Below are positions 40,134 through 55,074 of a stretch of 64,000 nucleotides of DNA, in pieces. The DNA comes from Octopus sinensis (taxonomy: Eukaryota): assembly GCF_006345805.1 (NCBI RefSeq), contig NC_042999.1:91016001-91080000 (forward strand), given 5' to 3'. Position numbers and translations under genes: made by a program. The notes below the pieces were generated by a model. The model saw only the letters and a program-made list of their open reading frames with translations. It did not search any database and was not told the DNA's origin. The stretch's first letter is position 1, and every line of letters begins with the position of its first letter.

Positions 40134-41815
40134 TATCTTATTTTTATCATATATATATGTATATATGTATGTATATATATATATTATATATACATACATA
40201 CATATCATTCACTTCCTATACATACATCTCCATTCGTTATGCATGTGTGTGTATATATATTAATTCAGTCACTTCCTGTTCATACCGTTCCATTAGTTCT
40301 TCATATATTCAGTCGCATGACTCTACATAGAGCCGACTACCGGAAATAAATCATAGAGATAATCTATTGATGAAATATAACGTAGTGTGTTATCCTATAA
40401 CAAAGTATATAAATTATTGATAATTGAGTGAAAATTTTACTGTAAAGTGCAATCTAATATAGCAGTAACGTACTCTTCTGTGGACCAGCTAATCAGAATT
40501 ATGCTTTAACTCTGAAGCAATGCATAGCGTCGAATACGGGGTACGATGTCGTGTAGTGCTTGACAATCAGGTGACATGTAAGTAGACTGAAGATTACTCA
40601 TTTAATTATACATCGCATAAAGACAACATCTCTAACTTTTGGGTGGTATCATTTTTTCCATATTAAGTCTCAAATTACAATATTTTCAAATGCCATTTTT
40701 GTATTTCCTATCACAGTAATTCAGTCATTGAGGAAACACTAGCGGAGGCGGGGAAATACCAAGCAGATTTTAAACAGTCTTACTGACTATCTAGTGAAAG
40801 CGTTCGATAATCTCTTTCCACGGAAATGTCAGTTCGTTTAGAAAATAATTCAAAACAAACAAAGTAAAGATGCTACACTTTAACAGAAACAGTCCTGTTG
40901 AATAACTTAAGTATAAATACACCCGTGGATCTCCTTATTGTAGAAATCTGTCAATTATATTAAACTACTTCAATTTTAATTAACCCAGTTGTTTCATTAT
41001 ACGATACCTCGAAAATACCAATCCTATCACTGACTATTTCCACTTCACTTCTGACCATCGCCGCCACCTCCATCACCATCATGTCCCTGCCTACCATTAC
41101 ACTGTCAAATTTCAAACCTCTTATCAATCTGCCTTTGTTTTCGATTCATCCTTTTGTTCAGTTGCTTTATCTTTCGGTTTTCTTTCTTTTATCATTTTAG
41201 TTTTCCTTTCTTCCATGTTCCCTCTCTTTCTTCCATTTTTATTAGTTTCATTTCTTATTTTATTCATTATATTTTGCTATTTTTCAGTCCTAATTATGTT
41301 GCATAGGATATCTACAGCTCGACTAATCTCTTTGCCTCCCCTTCTTCTTCTTCTTCTTCTTCTTCTTCTTCTTCTTCTTCTTCTTCTTCTTCTTCTTCTT
41401 CTTCTTCTTCTTCTTCTTCTTCTTCTTCTTCTTCTTCTTCTTCTTCTTCTTCTTCTTCTTCTTCTTTTGATAATACTTTGGCCTTTTTATTGTCCTGTTT
41501 CTCCTTGTCATATCACCAGCATCATTACCACTACAACTACAATCTTCATAACCATCACCATCTCTAACGCCATTAATACACTCACATCCCCTCCGTCACA
41601 TCATCATCATCATCATCATCGTCACCACCATTATCATAATAATCACTCAATGATGAAATGGGAGACCATCAGGTGCTGGACATGATGTACCATAATCTTA
41701 ATTCAATGGCTATTAAGTTCGCGATAAAATTAATCTTGCCAGTATCGATAAAATGCGTTGCAGTATTTTGTTAATTTGAAACCTGCCAGTGTTGGTTTCG
41801 TTTTCACCTCTACAG

Positions 41816-41954
41816 TATTGGAAAATGTGGTACCCATACTCCTTGTAGGATCTACCGGACAGATGTGGTTGATGTTTGCTCTGAATATCTATTGGCACAT
41901 ATTTGCAAAAAGACCTTCAGTTACGAAGAAACACCATGGCCAAGATCTAAAGCG
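41816..41954 (+). CDS. Candidate exon with two open frames
   Basis: Strong acceptor ttcgttttcacctctacAG and donor GCG|GTAGGA. Frames IGKCGTHTPCRIYRTDVVDVCSEYLLAHICKK... or VLENVVPILLVGSTGQMWLMFALNIYWHIF... Confidence 0.3.
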
Positions 41955-44900
41955 GTAGGATTGGGAGAAATATTTTGTGAATATTCTGACGAAAGATTTA
42001 AGGGTTACGAAAGTGGGAAACGCGGATAGATCGCATGGGCCATCTACGCTTATATGGCGGGGGATAAGCAGTTTAGAAGAGACAAATGGTACCCAGTATA
42101 TTTCTGATATTTAAAGCAACAAACAATCCGATGGCCAGGCGTTTTTAGCGTTTTGGTTTCATTGATTAGTGGTCTGTGAATGTGGATTTTGTCAAGTCTA
42201 TAATATTATGTAACGGACTCCTTTGGATTCTTTATAATTGCTTATAACTTTTGTGAAGATAATGATTACTTGGATCAAGTAGAACTTGCATAGTCTATGA
42301 CAGAAATAATGCATGGCTTGTATACCGTCGGACAGCGGTGACAAGCACGTGCATCGGCTCATTTATTATCGCCTGATCATTATGCCTTGCTCCAGTTAGC
42401 ATCTGGTGAGATAAGTGCCTTTTCTCCTTCTCACTGAAGGTATACACTGACATTGCAGAATCTGGAGGAGGTCTTCGACTATGAGTGAGCATGTGTGGCT
42501 GCCATTTCTTAGACCTACTTTCGTACATCTAATCGATTTGTTTCACGGAGGTGCGAACCACGGTTCATTTTAAACCAAATCTGGGTATCATTTATCTGTT
42601 ACAGTTCGTCAGAATTCGTGTAAATGCGACAGATGGAACTTCGTAAACTTGCTTTGTATAGAGTATTTATGAAAGCTAAAAGCGACGACGTTCTTGACCA
42701 GATTCAGGACATCGACGAACATCAATCTGGCAATGTACTCCTATGGACTTTTAGAACAATTACCATTTCAGTAATTCTAGTTTCGGCTGTACGTTGACAG
42801 AAGGGAGTGATTGTACAACAGTACTGCTTGAGATGCATATATATTATGAAAATCACTCAGTCAATTTCAGTTGCTTGTGACGGACAGACAGTTTTCATCT
42901 GCCAGTGAAAGAGATTGTAGAGTGTAGAAACTGGGAGGAACTGAGCAAAGATACTTTCTTTACCAGTTAAACTCTCGTTAATTTTCTTTTAGTGCTTCTT
43001 TGAGTGGAAGATTTGTAGAAGGTGATTCTGCCTTCAAATACATTTGCTAAACAGTAGATGATTTTAGCGCATATTTCCTATGTAATTGAAACAACTTTCC
43101 ACATTCTGTTTCAGAGCGATTACTGTAAATTGGAAAGAGAATTTGTATTTTCTAATAAGAATAATCTGATATCTAGGATTTATCACGCACCAGCGCCATG
43201 ATTTTCAAATAGAACAAAATTTGTGCCCAGAGCCTGAGATGGCTTGCAGACAAAGGCACATTATAAAATCCTGAGTGACCACCTGTCTCAATGACAAGAA
43301 ACTATTAGTATCTCTTATTTTAATAGAGTGTACATTAAATTATATTTACCTCTCACTGGATGATTATTATTGATGATCCTACTTTAATGTAACAGTAGAC
43401 TATATACAAACACTCACACACACACACATTGTTGCCCTACGTGTCCGCTGTTTTCATGTCGTGTTGTAAAACACCAACTGTTCTCTTATTTTTCCCTTTT
43501 ATATATCCCTAAACATTCGGTCCATATAACCGTGGCAATTCCGCTTAGGACAACTTTGCCTTTGAGACCTGTGTCATTAATTGACACAGATTTGAATTAA
43601 TTTAGAGGGTTAAATTGTATCCTAAGGTGATTACTTTCTTGGGGGTCCCGGCAGATATTACCATTATCTTTCTAATTCTTTAAATAATTTTAAATTGTCT
43701 TCAACACATTGGGAAACATTTCTGTCGGTGTTTGAAGGTTTGCATCAAAAGCAGCAAAATAACAGAAATGGTAAAAATTTGGACCTAATGCATTGCAGTT
43801 TTTAATGCGCTCTGTCTACTTTTCAATTCACATATCTGCTGAAATAGTCTTCCATCTTGCTGCTCTATTTGCATTTCCCCACATCAAATAAAACAAATAT
43901 GTACCTACCCCGCTTCATGATGCTGCTGGTGATGATAAAACAACGATAATGATCGTTATCATCATTATCGTTATCATCATCCTCCTCAACAGTATCAGCA
44001 ACTGTATTATCATCATCGTAATCCTTCAACCATCATAATGTGGCCACTCGCCGACGATTATATATTTTTTTACATCTTTATTTACCCTCTCTTCTAACAC
44101 TGTCAATGGCGTCAAATTTCTTCACCAGCTCTACAGCTCCCGCACACATTACTACAATACCACCTTAAGACATAACCCCACAGCTGTTCGGGTCGCATAA
44201 ATTTTATTACTATCGATTAGTTTACACTCTACAATTGTACAACAGTCACCATTTCTTGCCAGTATGTATTTTGTTTGCTAGTCATAACTAATACTGTTGA
44301 TTTTACGCTTTGCATTCAGTTGACACTAATGATGGAATGATCTGCGTATTTACCGAGTACAATCTGTTGTTTCAACGACAAATACATCTCACCGAGATTT
44401 TCATTGATCTTCTCCAAAACGGTGTTTGATCCGGTGTATTGAAAGCATTTATTTTGAATCAATAGCTCATGAACCATCGTCTTTTAATGAAAAGAAAAGT
44501 TGTTTTATTTTATTCACGTACACACACATGGTTTTGTTGTTGTGAGGCAATTGCAGAAAGGAAAATGAAAAAAGAAAAATCAATAATGTTAATAGTTCTC
44601 ACAATGTTAAACAATTTTCTGAATAATAACTCGTTTTAAAACAAACACATACACATACATATGCACGCACATGGATTTACAGATTTACATAAAAACACAC
44701 ACAAATATATACATATATTCAAATGCAGACAGACGTGCGCACGTACACACACACGTACAAACACACACACACACACACACACACACAGATATCAACCATG
44801 TAGTTGAAAATTATCAACAAATATACTAAGGTACTTCCTATTTTTTTAAATATATTAACATGTCTATGATTTACACAGACGTAAAATGCTTGACATTAAT

Positions 44901-45729
44901 TCAGTTAAAGTCTATTGCAGCTTCTAATGCAATAAATTAAAACTATTAGAACCGTAATATATATAAAAATAAGCAAGAAATACTACCCAATCAGCCTAAC
45001 TCTATAAAAATTTAATTTCCTCGATGTACACAACTCACATATTTCTTCTGGTATAGAAACAAAGCTATCTCCACCATATTGTCAAAATACTTCTCGTATC
45101 ATTTTGACTGAATAGTAGACAACCCTACAGTCAAGTGTATATTGGCTGCATTATCAGTTTGTGAGCAAGCTTCTACTGGTCAATATCTTGAATAAGACGT
45201 AAATTTTGTTTTTATGAGCATACAAGAATTAACCTCCAGCTAAATCGTGTCTCAAATATATTACAATAAAAACTGGTTAAAGACCATCGAGAATCATAAA
45301 ATCTGGCACTAAAAGTTAAGCATATTGTGTACGACTTCAAAATATTGCCTTAGTCATTTTCTTTGTGTCCTCTCTTTATATTTCAGTTCCAGATACGATG
45401 TTCTTCCGTAATATATTTGTGTCTCAATTGCTTTAATGATCAGCTTATCTATAAGCAAATAACGAAGCGAAAAAATTAATTTCACATGCCATTTGGTCAT
45501 GTAAATGCTACTATATGATGGTGTTAAACGTTTAAATTTACAGGCTGGACATAAAATCAACCGGCGGATTTAGTTTTGCATGCAAAAATATAAATTCAAA
45601 TGCCTATACACATACTTTTCAGAACTCTTAGTCCATAGTCCTTAACCAGAGAGAAGAATTACAACCACACATAGCAGCTCTTCAGTGCAAAAGTCTATAA
45701 TATTAACAGCGGTATTCTTACTGATCGAG

Positions 45730-46050
45730 TGAGTAAATGGTAAAGGGTAGGGACCCATGAGTGAGCATGGGATTGCACCTAAAATGTTCGAGTTGCTTAT
45801 GGAAGACCAACAATCGCCCATGCATAACAGCCTCCCTCTCCACGCCACCGATATTATTCAAGGAAAAGTCAAAGGTTGGTACAACTTGGCACCAGTGACA
45901 TAGCAACTCAATCTACAGCTGAGTGATCTGGGGCGGCGTGAAATAAAGTGCCTTGCTCAGAGACACGATACACAATCCGGTCTGGGAATCAAACTCACTA
46001 CCTAATGCTTGTGAGCCTGACGTTCTAACCATTGAGCCATACATCTTCAC
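45730..46050 (-). mobile_element. tRNA-derived SINE (third family, CORE-like body)
   Basis: Minus-strand head ATGGCTCAATGGTTAGAACGTCAGGCTCACAAG...GAGTTTGATTCCCAGACCGG, then GTGTCTCTGAGCAAGGCACTT. Confidence 0.7.
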
Positions 46051-47094
46051 CAATCAGGATTAGTATACTTTGATAATTAAGTGCTGTAATACCGAAAATA
46101 CTAACCGAAACACATTTAACTTCAGGCATTCTTGCAAAATTTTAATTACCTACTAATCACCATTAGTATTTGGTAATTCTATCTACCACATCCCCTGAAG
46201 TAGTCAATTTTACATTCCTTGCCTTTCAATGAATATTGTTTTATATCTTCAGCTATTAAGATATTCCCGCAATTAATTTTTTCTCCTTGTTACAATTTTA
46301 ACTCATATCATTCATTACTTTTTTAACTGGTAATATTCCAGTTATCACTCTTTATTTACTTCTCTTTGGCAATTTCAATTTTCATCAGCAATAACTTGCA
46401 TTCAGCTATGTGTTTAAATGTTAATATTATCGTAATTTGAAAAGCGGCGGACTGGTAGATTCGTCACTGCTCAAAGTAAAAGTGTTAAGCTGAATTTCGT
46501 CTGGTTTTCACGTTCCGAGTTCAAATTTCACCGAGGTCGTCTTTGCCTTTCATTCTCTCGGAGATGAAAATACCAGCTGGTCAGTGGGGTCGATGGAATC
46601 GACTTGCCTCCCATCAGCGAAATTGCTGATCATGTGCCAAAATTTGAAACCAACGTGTGAACCTGCTCTTGACGGTATGTACAATTAATGGACTTATATT
46701 TCTCCCCTTATATTGTGCTCACTAAGGAAAAAGGCTTAATTTTTGCTTTAATCCAGAAACTGGAAGCAATTCACAATTAACGTGAGATCTTTTTAATTTT
46801 CTCTCACTAGCCCGCTTTCGGCCATGTGTATATTTAGTTGGGGTCTTTGGTAGTTTTTTGAAGGTGTTAGCACTTCAAGCATGCTGGAGACAGGTCGTTT
46901 TCGCCCTTGCACCCTTGATATATACATATGTACATTATTATTAAGTTAATGTACAAATTGCCTATAAATGTTTATAACATGCTGACTACTTGATAAAAAT
47001 CATTAACGTAACTTTTATCCTTATATCCTATTATGAATATATTTATATATGTGTGAGTGTGTGTTTGTACGTATATATGAATGTGCATGTCTGC

Positions 47095-47138
<44 letters not shown>

Positions 47139-47752
47139 TGTGTGCATGCGCTTTAAAACACCATTTCCAAACTGTGAGTAGCAAACTTGTACAACCAGTT
47201 TTCTTGGTAAAAATCAATTAATCGGTACAAAGGACACGAGATATTTTCCGCTTTTCTTTTTCAACTCCCCGTACAAAATCAAACCATAAAATACATACGC
47301 ATTAAAATTCTTCACACCTCAATAAACAAAACTGACTTTTCCTCATAAAGGCTATGACTGAAAGGAAACAAGGACGAAGAGATGTTCTCTCCAATTTCCT
47401 TTCCGTGCTATCTTTAATATTCTCTTTTTTCCTCCTCATTCCTCATTCTTCTGTTTCTCTCCTTTCTTTTCCTTGTCACTTTACTTTTGTATATATTCGC
47501 CTGTTTTTCCTTTCTCTCTCATTCTCCCGTCTCTTTTCCTCTCTCTCTACTATTTTCCTTTTCCTTCTCCCCACTTTTGATTTAGATTTTCCTTTGCCTG
47601 CTCTAAGTCCTGATTTTTTTAAAGAGTATTTTATCTACACCACTGTTTATAACTTGCCTACAATTAATCAATATGCCCCAATTAAGATGCCTTAAGTGGC
47701 ATTTGATACATACCCTCCAATGTAGACACTGGTATATATATATATATAATAT

Positions 47753-47799
<47 letters not shown>

Positions 47800-47803
<4 letters not shown>

Positions 47804-48070
47804 TTAACGAATGTAGCATGGAAGACAAGTTAGATATTCAGAAAAGCACCAAAACTGTTGACTTCATTTAAAGTTATTTATTGTTGTAATATGGTGTAAA
47901 ACTTTTGGTCACCCAAAACTGCGACCTAGTTAAAAACAAAATTTGTGATGTAGCACACATTTTATCAATGACCAGATCGCAGTTTCTAGGGACCAAAAGT
48001 TTGACACTATATTACAAAGAGTGCATATTTAAGTGAAGTTAACGGTCTTGCTGTGTTTCTAAATGACTGA
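47800..48070. mobile_element. Fold-back MITE-like element
   Basis: TTGTAATATGGTGTAAAACTTTTGGTCACCCAAAACTGCGA pairs with TCGCAGTTTCTAGGGACCAAAAGTTTGACACTATATTACAA; weaker pairing extends outward. Confidence 0.6.
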
Positions 48071-48849
48071 TTCGTGCCTTCTGCGCCTCAGTCGTTTTAA
48101 TTTCAGCACTTGACCTCAGATCAAAACTTTTGACATGCAAATATATCTCACTCAGTTACTCCATATTGCTTAAACTTTCGTACCGCATAGGACACATTCA
48201 TCATGTTGACTTTTCGAAGATAGATTCGTTACTTTGGAATAAGTTCAAAATGGCCTTCTATTGGTCAGTGGCAGCCATGAAGTTGTAATGCTATCAAAAC
48301 GACATCAATTATTTCTTTTATCTTTTAAGGTCCCTGTGTTGCTGACAAAAGGTTGGCACCATTTGCTGGTAAGCTGATATTTGATATGTGCAGGAACACC
48401 AGTTCCTGGTACTGAACATTGCAGGTTGTGCTATTAGCAAGGTCATCATCATTCTATGGTGTCTGAGCATAGTGATGTCTGCAGTCGTTAGGTGGGAGTA
48501 ATCGTTTGATGGTTTGGGCTTACAACTGAGTGCAAGTGAAAACCGTGAGTAGGTTGTAGTCTATAAGAGCAGTAGGGATTCTATATCTCGCTCTTATCGG
48601 GAATGGGCTGCCAGGCATTGGGAATGAGCTCTCCTATTAGTACAGCACACGCACACCTCTGTTAATGAACTTCAGTCCTTTGGTCAACGATAATTCAAAT
48701 ATATCATCCTAGACCCAGACGCTTCTCCAAAGGCGAACGGTTACGTTACGGAATGTAAACAAACCAGTATCACTTGTCAAGTTCAGTGGAAACAAACACA
48801 AAGGCAATCACACACATAGATACAAATTTTCCCTACCTCCCTCTCCCTC

Positions 48850-49247
48850 TCTTTCATTCATTCTTTTACTTGTTTCAGTCATTTGACTGCAGCCATGCCT
48901 GAGCACCGCCTTTAGTCGAACAAACTGACGGCAGAACTTATTCTTTGTAAGCCTAGTACTTATTCTATCGGTTTCTTTTACCTAACCGCTATGTTACAGA
49001 CACGTAAACACACCAACATCGGTTGTCAAGCGATTGTGAGAGGACAAACACAAATAGACACACACACATACACACACGTGTATATATACAATGGGCTTCT
49101 TTCAGTTTCCGCCTACCAAATCCACTCTCAAAGCTTTGGTCTGTTCGAGGCTATAGTAGAAGACACTTACGCAACGTGCCACGCAGTGGGACTGAACCCA
49201 GAGCCATGTAGTTGGGAAGCAAGCTTTTTACCATACAACCACTCATG
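48850..49247 (-). mobile_element. tRNA-derived SINE, same family as 6-384
   Basis: Colinear similarity with 6-384, including the internal (CA)n tract. Confidence 0.8.
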
Positions 49248-49601
49248 CGCCGATGTTTTTATATACGTATATATATATATATCATAGATGAGAATCAGCT
49301 ATTCTTCGTATAGAATACACACACTAGTGCTCAAAAGGTTTAAACTTGAATAGGTAGAGGAGTAAATGTAAGGACAAGCAAGTTAAGCAGGTCGATATAC
49401 AAAGGATATTAAATACATTAAATATAAAATAATTATATATGGTTACATACAAAATGTCCGAACTATATAGAATAGGAATGGTATCAAGTATTAAAGAAGT
49501 TGAAGAAGAGTATTACAAATCCAGCAGGTGTTTCTGGTGGCTCGATGGTCCAAGGTAATGGTTGTAAATTGATTCCATCGTCGGATGATACACTCACGGA
49601 T

Positions 49602-49684
<83 letters not shown>

Positions 49685-50284
49685 ACACACACACACACAG
49701 ACACACGCACATATATATATACATGCAACGAACTTCGCAGCTTCTGTTACTAAATTCACAAATCATTCACAAGGCATTGGACAGGCCTTGGGCTATAGTT
49801 TGATATACTTGGCTGAAGTGCACTGAAGTGGAACTAAACTCAAGACCACGTATTGCGAATTGAACCTCTCAACCACGACTTGTCGGTATACGAATGATAT
49901 TCTAAGCACCATTAAAATTGTAGGTTGTTAACAAAAAATGAATTAAACTTCAAAGGTTTTAGTTATCATTTAGCGGGAGCTTTAAGTTACAACAGTCAGT
50001 TTTTTCAAAGTAATAACAGAAATTATCATTTTTCCATACATTATAACCGAACAATATCTTCTCAGTGAAAACGATGTGTGAAAACTCTTCTTCTATAAAG
50101 GAGGGTAATTCGTCTTTTCCGACAACATTTTCAGATCTAAAAGCAGTGACAATTTGATATATTGAAATATGCTACAGGCGTTTTACTTTGATAGTTCTAC
50201 AGTCAATTAGAAATGCCAGTAGCAACTAGAAACTCAAAGAAAACTCTTTCTGTCTCTGCCTCCTTCTTTCCCCCTTTCTTTCAT

Positions 50285-50383
<99 letters not shown>

Positions 50384-51618
50384 CTCTCTCTCTCTCTCTC
50401 CCTCTCTCTCTCTCTCTCTGTTTCTCTTTCTGCCTGTCTGTCTGTCACACACACTCATGCTCAGTAACGTATGCAATCACGCGTATGAGATACACCTCTG
50501 AAATACAAAACTATGTGTTTTCGTTTTGAAAAACATTAAATCACAACAATGAGAACAGTTAATATTATAAACTCCATCTCATTTGCCTTGCCAGAAATGT
50601 GATATACGGGTGGCTTACAGGGTGGTAATTTACACTAATCAAAGACATATGCTTTCTTTGTCAATGAAAGTCACTGGTGTTAATGAACTTTTGTTAAATT
50701 GTAGAATGCGCATAACAATTCTTACCCAGTGAATGTTTCTAACATTTAAACGATTATCAAAGGGGAATGCATACCTTCTGAATGCCACTTACTTTTGAAT
50801 AAGGTGACTATTGTTTAAATATTCTGATTCGTAACATAATATATACCCACACCTAATCCCCTTCACACGTTTTCTATTACTGATTTTGTTACCATTTAAT
50901 TACCTCTTCAAATTCTCACATTAATCATATAAATGTTTCCATTATGGACAAGGTATCCGTTAACCAAGAAAGAGAATTGAATTACAATTTTAATGAGATA
51001 TTTTACTACCTTCAAACGTACTATGTGTTTATCTATTCAGATGTTAACATGTTATACACCTTAAACTCTTCAAATTCTAGACAAATGGCGTCATAGACAT
51101 TCAGTAAAAATGTCTTTAACGACAACCTCATCAATTTTATTCAATTTCCTATTAATTTAAATGCAACACGGTCAACTATATATGTTATTAATATTATTGA
51201 TTATCATTAATTAAACAATGTTATGCAAAATTTATAATTCATTGCTGCATGTCATAATTTCAGTTGAATATTAAATTTATCAATATGGAAAGTATGTGAT
51301 GGCCTCCAGTCGCTGTGGGCACAGTATCTCTTTCTCAGACGGAGTGTTAAACAAAGCACTAATAATTCATATTTTCTTTAGTTTCTAAAACGTGGTACGG
51401 AATGTTTTTTAAAAGTTGAGTTTTTTAATTGTTTCATTAAAATTTATGTCATATAAAGAAAGAGGGTAATCTTAAATGTTTCAAAAACCATATGAACACG
51501 TTTCCTGTATACTGGACTTGAACAAATTTAAGTTTACCCATTCAGCTAGTTTTTACATTGCACATACAAACATCTATCTGCAAGAAACAACATATTTTGG
51601 AATAGATGTGCATACATA

Positions 51619-51802
51619 CGAGGAAGTTCTTAAGGTGCCTGACTTTGGGTAACAGAAAATGCATATTCCCTTCTCAGATTCACAGACCTATTGGAGCGGT
51701 CCTTCAGTTTTTCTAAGACCTATAAAAGAACTTGGAAGGTTGTTCTCCCAACCAAGCTTTTCGCGAGACCCTTAAAGCCAGGAACTTTCCGGCACCCCCT
51801 CG
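51619..51802 (-). mobile_element. Mariner-derived MITE; related copy at ~30830-31044
   Basis: TA-flanked TIRs CGAGGAAGTTCTTAAGGTGCCTGACTTT / AAAGCCAGGAACTTTCCGGCACCCCCTCG. The interior resembles a mariner C-terminus and aligns by eye with 30830-30980. Confidence 0.7.
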
Positions 51803-52776
51803 TATGCAGCTTAACTTGGAGCTTGCATAGTAGTGGTGTTTGATCTCCATCGTTTGACGATGAAGATCCAGGTGTTCGATCAGCTGATTTGGATGGTGCT
51901 AAATAAGCATGGCTGAGCGCTCCTTCGACATGCGCGCTTTTGGTATACTGCTCAGACAGAATCAACGAGATAGAATGCATAACAAGGCTGCATTTTGAAT
52001 TACAGATATAATCCACAATATTTTGACATCGTAACGAGTCTCACCGGGATTTCTCTCCCAATTTTCTTATGGATATTACTGAATCGAGCTGAATTTGAGT
52101 GAAATAGGTACAACCAGGAGCAGAGACCGTGTTCTGAATTTTCTTCACAAATGCTCCTACCGCTTTCTGGATCCAGAGAAGCAGCCCAATGCGGTCCCTC
52201 CATATACTTCAAGTGTTTATTAAACGTCCCACATTTAGTTTTTCTTCCTTAGAAAAGAAAGAACATACTGGATACATCATGTATAAATCCTAGATACACT
52301 ATGCTTTAAAAATAGCAGTATGTCAGAAATTTTCTGGATGGATTATAACTTTTTTGAATGGTAAAATTTATGATCTGTTTTATACTTCATTTGAATGACG
52401 TCAACATTAAACAAATGTCAGTAAACATGAAATGAATAGAATGCTAGATATGTTTGTGTAATTTACAAACTTGTTTAATGCAATTTGATTTCTTAAACGA
52501 AACATTGGTCACTATCTTTTTAACCATGAAACGTTATTTCATCATATAAACCAATTTTAATTAACTAATTTGTAGGGACAAGCAAACTTGACCCATTAAT
52601 ATCTAGGTACCTTGTCCGTTGTTAAAACCAAATGCTTTCTTAAGTTTAAATTGTAATACACTCATTTCAGATTGGCTCATATTTTTATAGCGTTTAATGT
52701 CCCGTCTGTTTTCCTTCAATTGTAGTGGAAACTACACTGATTTTTGAGCACATGTATTAGATTTTAAATTTAACTA

Positions 52777-53023
52777 TTGGGTTGGTGCATAATTATTGCG
52801 GCTTTTTTTCAACAAATTTTATTCAACAAAAATGATAAGAATATTAAAAAAAAACATCTTTAAATGACACTCTGACCGTCAGCCAAGCAAATGGGAAGCA
52901 GTAATTGAAGTAGATGGTGAATATGCTCCCAAATAATCATTTAAACATGTTTTTGTTACATGTTATTGTTTTTGTTGAATAAAATTTGTTGTAAAAAGCC
53001 GCAATAATCATACACCAACCCAA
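52777..53023 (+). mobile_element. Mariner (Hsmar1/cecropia-like TIR) internal-deletion derivative
   Basis: Long TIRs TTGGGTTGGTGCATAATTATTGCGGC... / ...GCCGCAATAATCATACACCAACCCAA with TA TSD. The interior encodes a transposase end, SKWEAVIEVDGEYAPK*. Confidence 0.85.
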
Positions 53024-54419
53024 TACTTATTTAGCTACGTCAATTGAGTAACAATTTGCTAATTATTTTTAAAATTGAAATCCTATTCTTTCTACCTTTA
53101 TACTTGTAAATTTTCTTTGTGTATCTTTAGATTATTAAGAAAACTCTCCCCTTTGCAATATAACATAAAAAGTAATTAATGGGTTTTGCAATCAATATAA
53201 GGTTTCTTTCTGCAAAACATACTGATTGAAAGGGTATTTTTACCTGGGTATTATCCTATCAGTTTATTTGATTGTATTATTCATTTCAAGAAAGTGAGCG
53301 GGATATTTAGGTCTATATTGCTATTGCTTATGAGAGACTATCAATAATTTCCTTTCCTTTATTGAAAATGATATATTGAAAACATTTTCAAAGTACTCAT
53401 TTCAACGATTCTTGAAACTTTTCACACCGTTAAATCCTGCCGGTATATAACAAAGGCGTTGATAAAAGAATAGGAGAATACAGTTCTTTCAAGGTGCGTT
53501 ATATTGGTTAGTATCCTCATATCTCAATATTCTTGGACACCGACATTTTTGCTGAGCTATCCATTGTAAAATGACTGAAGTTTAAACTGAATACTCTGCG
53601 AATTTGAATAAAGTTTTTCTAGGAGTCTGAGTACCAGTACTTTTGTGTATGGTTAACCGCCGATTGATTTTTATCTTTTCTTATTTTCTTCAAACTCATC
53701 GCAGGTCTTGCGCGTTTTTACTCTGATAATTAAAGGTCGAAGTATAGACCACATCTCTTAGTAATTATCAGTTGCTATCGATACCATTTTTGCTTTATTT
53801 TAACCTTGAATATTTTGTTTAATTTTGAATTAAGCTGCTTGAAAGAGAGGAATCGATTACTTCATTGTTTTGTGGCTTCAGAACTTTCTATTTTCCCACA
53901 GATTTGTTTCTTTTCAACGCCTTGCTTGAGTAATTAGGTTTTCAGTCTGCAATAGGGTAGTTTATGCCAATTATTTGCACGAAGCTGTATCAATATTGTT
54001 TTGTTTCGCATATGTTGAGTAGAGCCGAAACAGTGGTTTCGTTCATCAGGCCGGTACAAAGCTTTCGGAAGTAAAGGTCTATTACTGTTAGTCATATCTA
54101 TGTGGCAAGTTTTTTTTTCCAGCTCTCGCGTAAAAATGATTAAAAATAAAATAACTCGCTAGATTTTGTTACTGGTGAGTTCATCAAAGAGTTCAGACAA
54201 TTTGCTTTTAATACATTCCGAATTTGCCCTTATATGTGATTAACTGTTGGTAAATCTCCATCCTCATAAGTTTTTATTTTTCCATACTACTCTCTATACA
54301 ATGTCATTCTAACCAGGAAAAACTTACTCTGACCGAATCTCCGCATACATCAACTCTGCATTCGGAAAAAGTGTTTGTCTATCATTCTATGCATTCATCA
54401 TGAAAACCCACAAACTATC

Positions 54420-54700
54420 AATGTCGTTCTTCTGATATTATTCATTTTTAATTAGCCAAAATGACTGCGTTGCAGCTCAACTTTAATATATCTCAAGAAG
54501 TGAATAATGAGTGTCGATAGAGGAATACTCTGTCACTCCTGTCGTATTTTGTGGCTACTTCAATCAACACAAGACATCATAAGGGACACTTCTGCGCAGT
54601 GTTGTGACTACAGTCAAGTTTTGTAGTATTACTGCATCACCAACTCCATTTCGTTTCAGAAACTTGAATCTGTTGCATGCGGATCGTTTGGGGTAAAAAC
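54420..54700 (-). mobile_element. Possible heavily decayed Helitron PIF1-like helicase C-terminal fragment
   Basis: Minus strand gives VILQNL (cf. LLRNL) and an indel-broken M-x-I-x-x-S-x-x-x-x-L-x-VCG resembling TINKSQGQTLKVCG, in the expected order. Confidence 0.3.
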
Positions 54701-54882
54701 ATAGTGTGGTGCAATTAATGTACATCGCTATTTCACTCTAAGTTTGGGGGTTTCACTGGAATGACAGGCCTAAACGAGCAAATCTATGTTTTACATTTCT
54801 TAATAAAGGATTACAGTTTAAAAGACATGGATTTAGCCTTTAGTCACAAGAGTCGGGTAAGATGTGTCACTGCTCGGAGACT

Positions 54883-55074
54883 CATAAAGATCTAGACTCA
54901 GAAAGGCTGTGTTATGTCAAAAGCGTATTCTCACATGCTCTTCGTTTAGCCTACGCAGATCAGAACTATATCAGAACACATAAAGATCTAGACTCGGAAA
55001 GGTTGTGTAATGTCAAAAGTATATTCTCACACGCGCTTCTTTTAGCCAACACAAATCAGAACTATATTAAATGC
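54883..55074 (+). repeat. Two-copy 96-bp tandem repeat, in frame (32 aa)
   Basis: CATAAAGATCTAGACTC at 54883 and 54979. Translation THKDLDSERLCYVKSVFSHALRLAYADQNYIR / THKDLDSERLCNVKSIFSHALLLANTNQNYIK. Confidence 0.9.
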
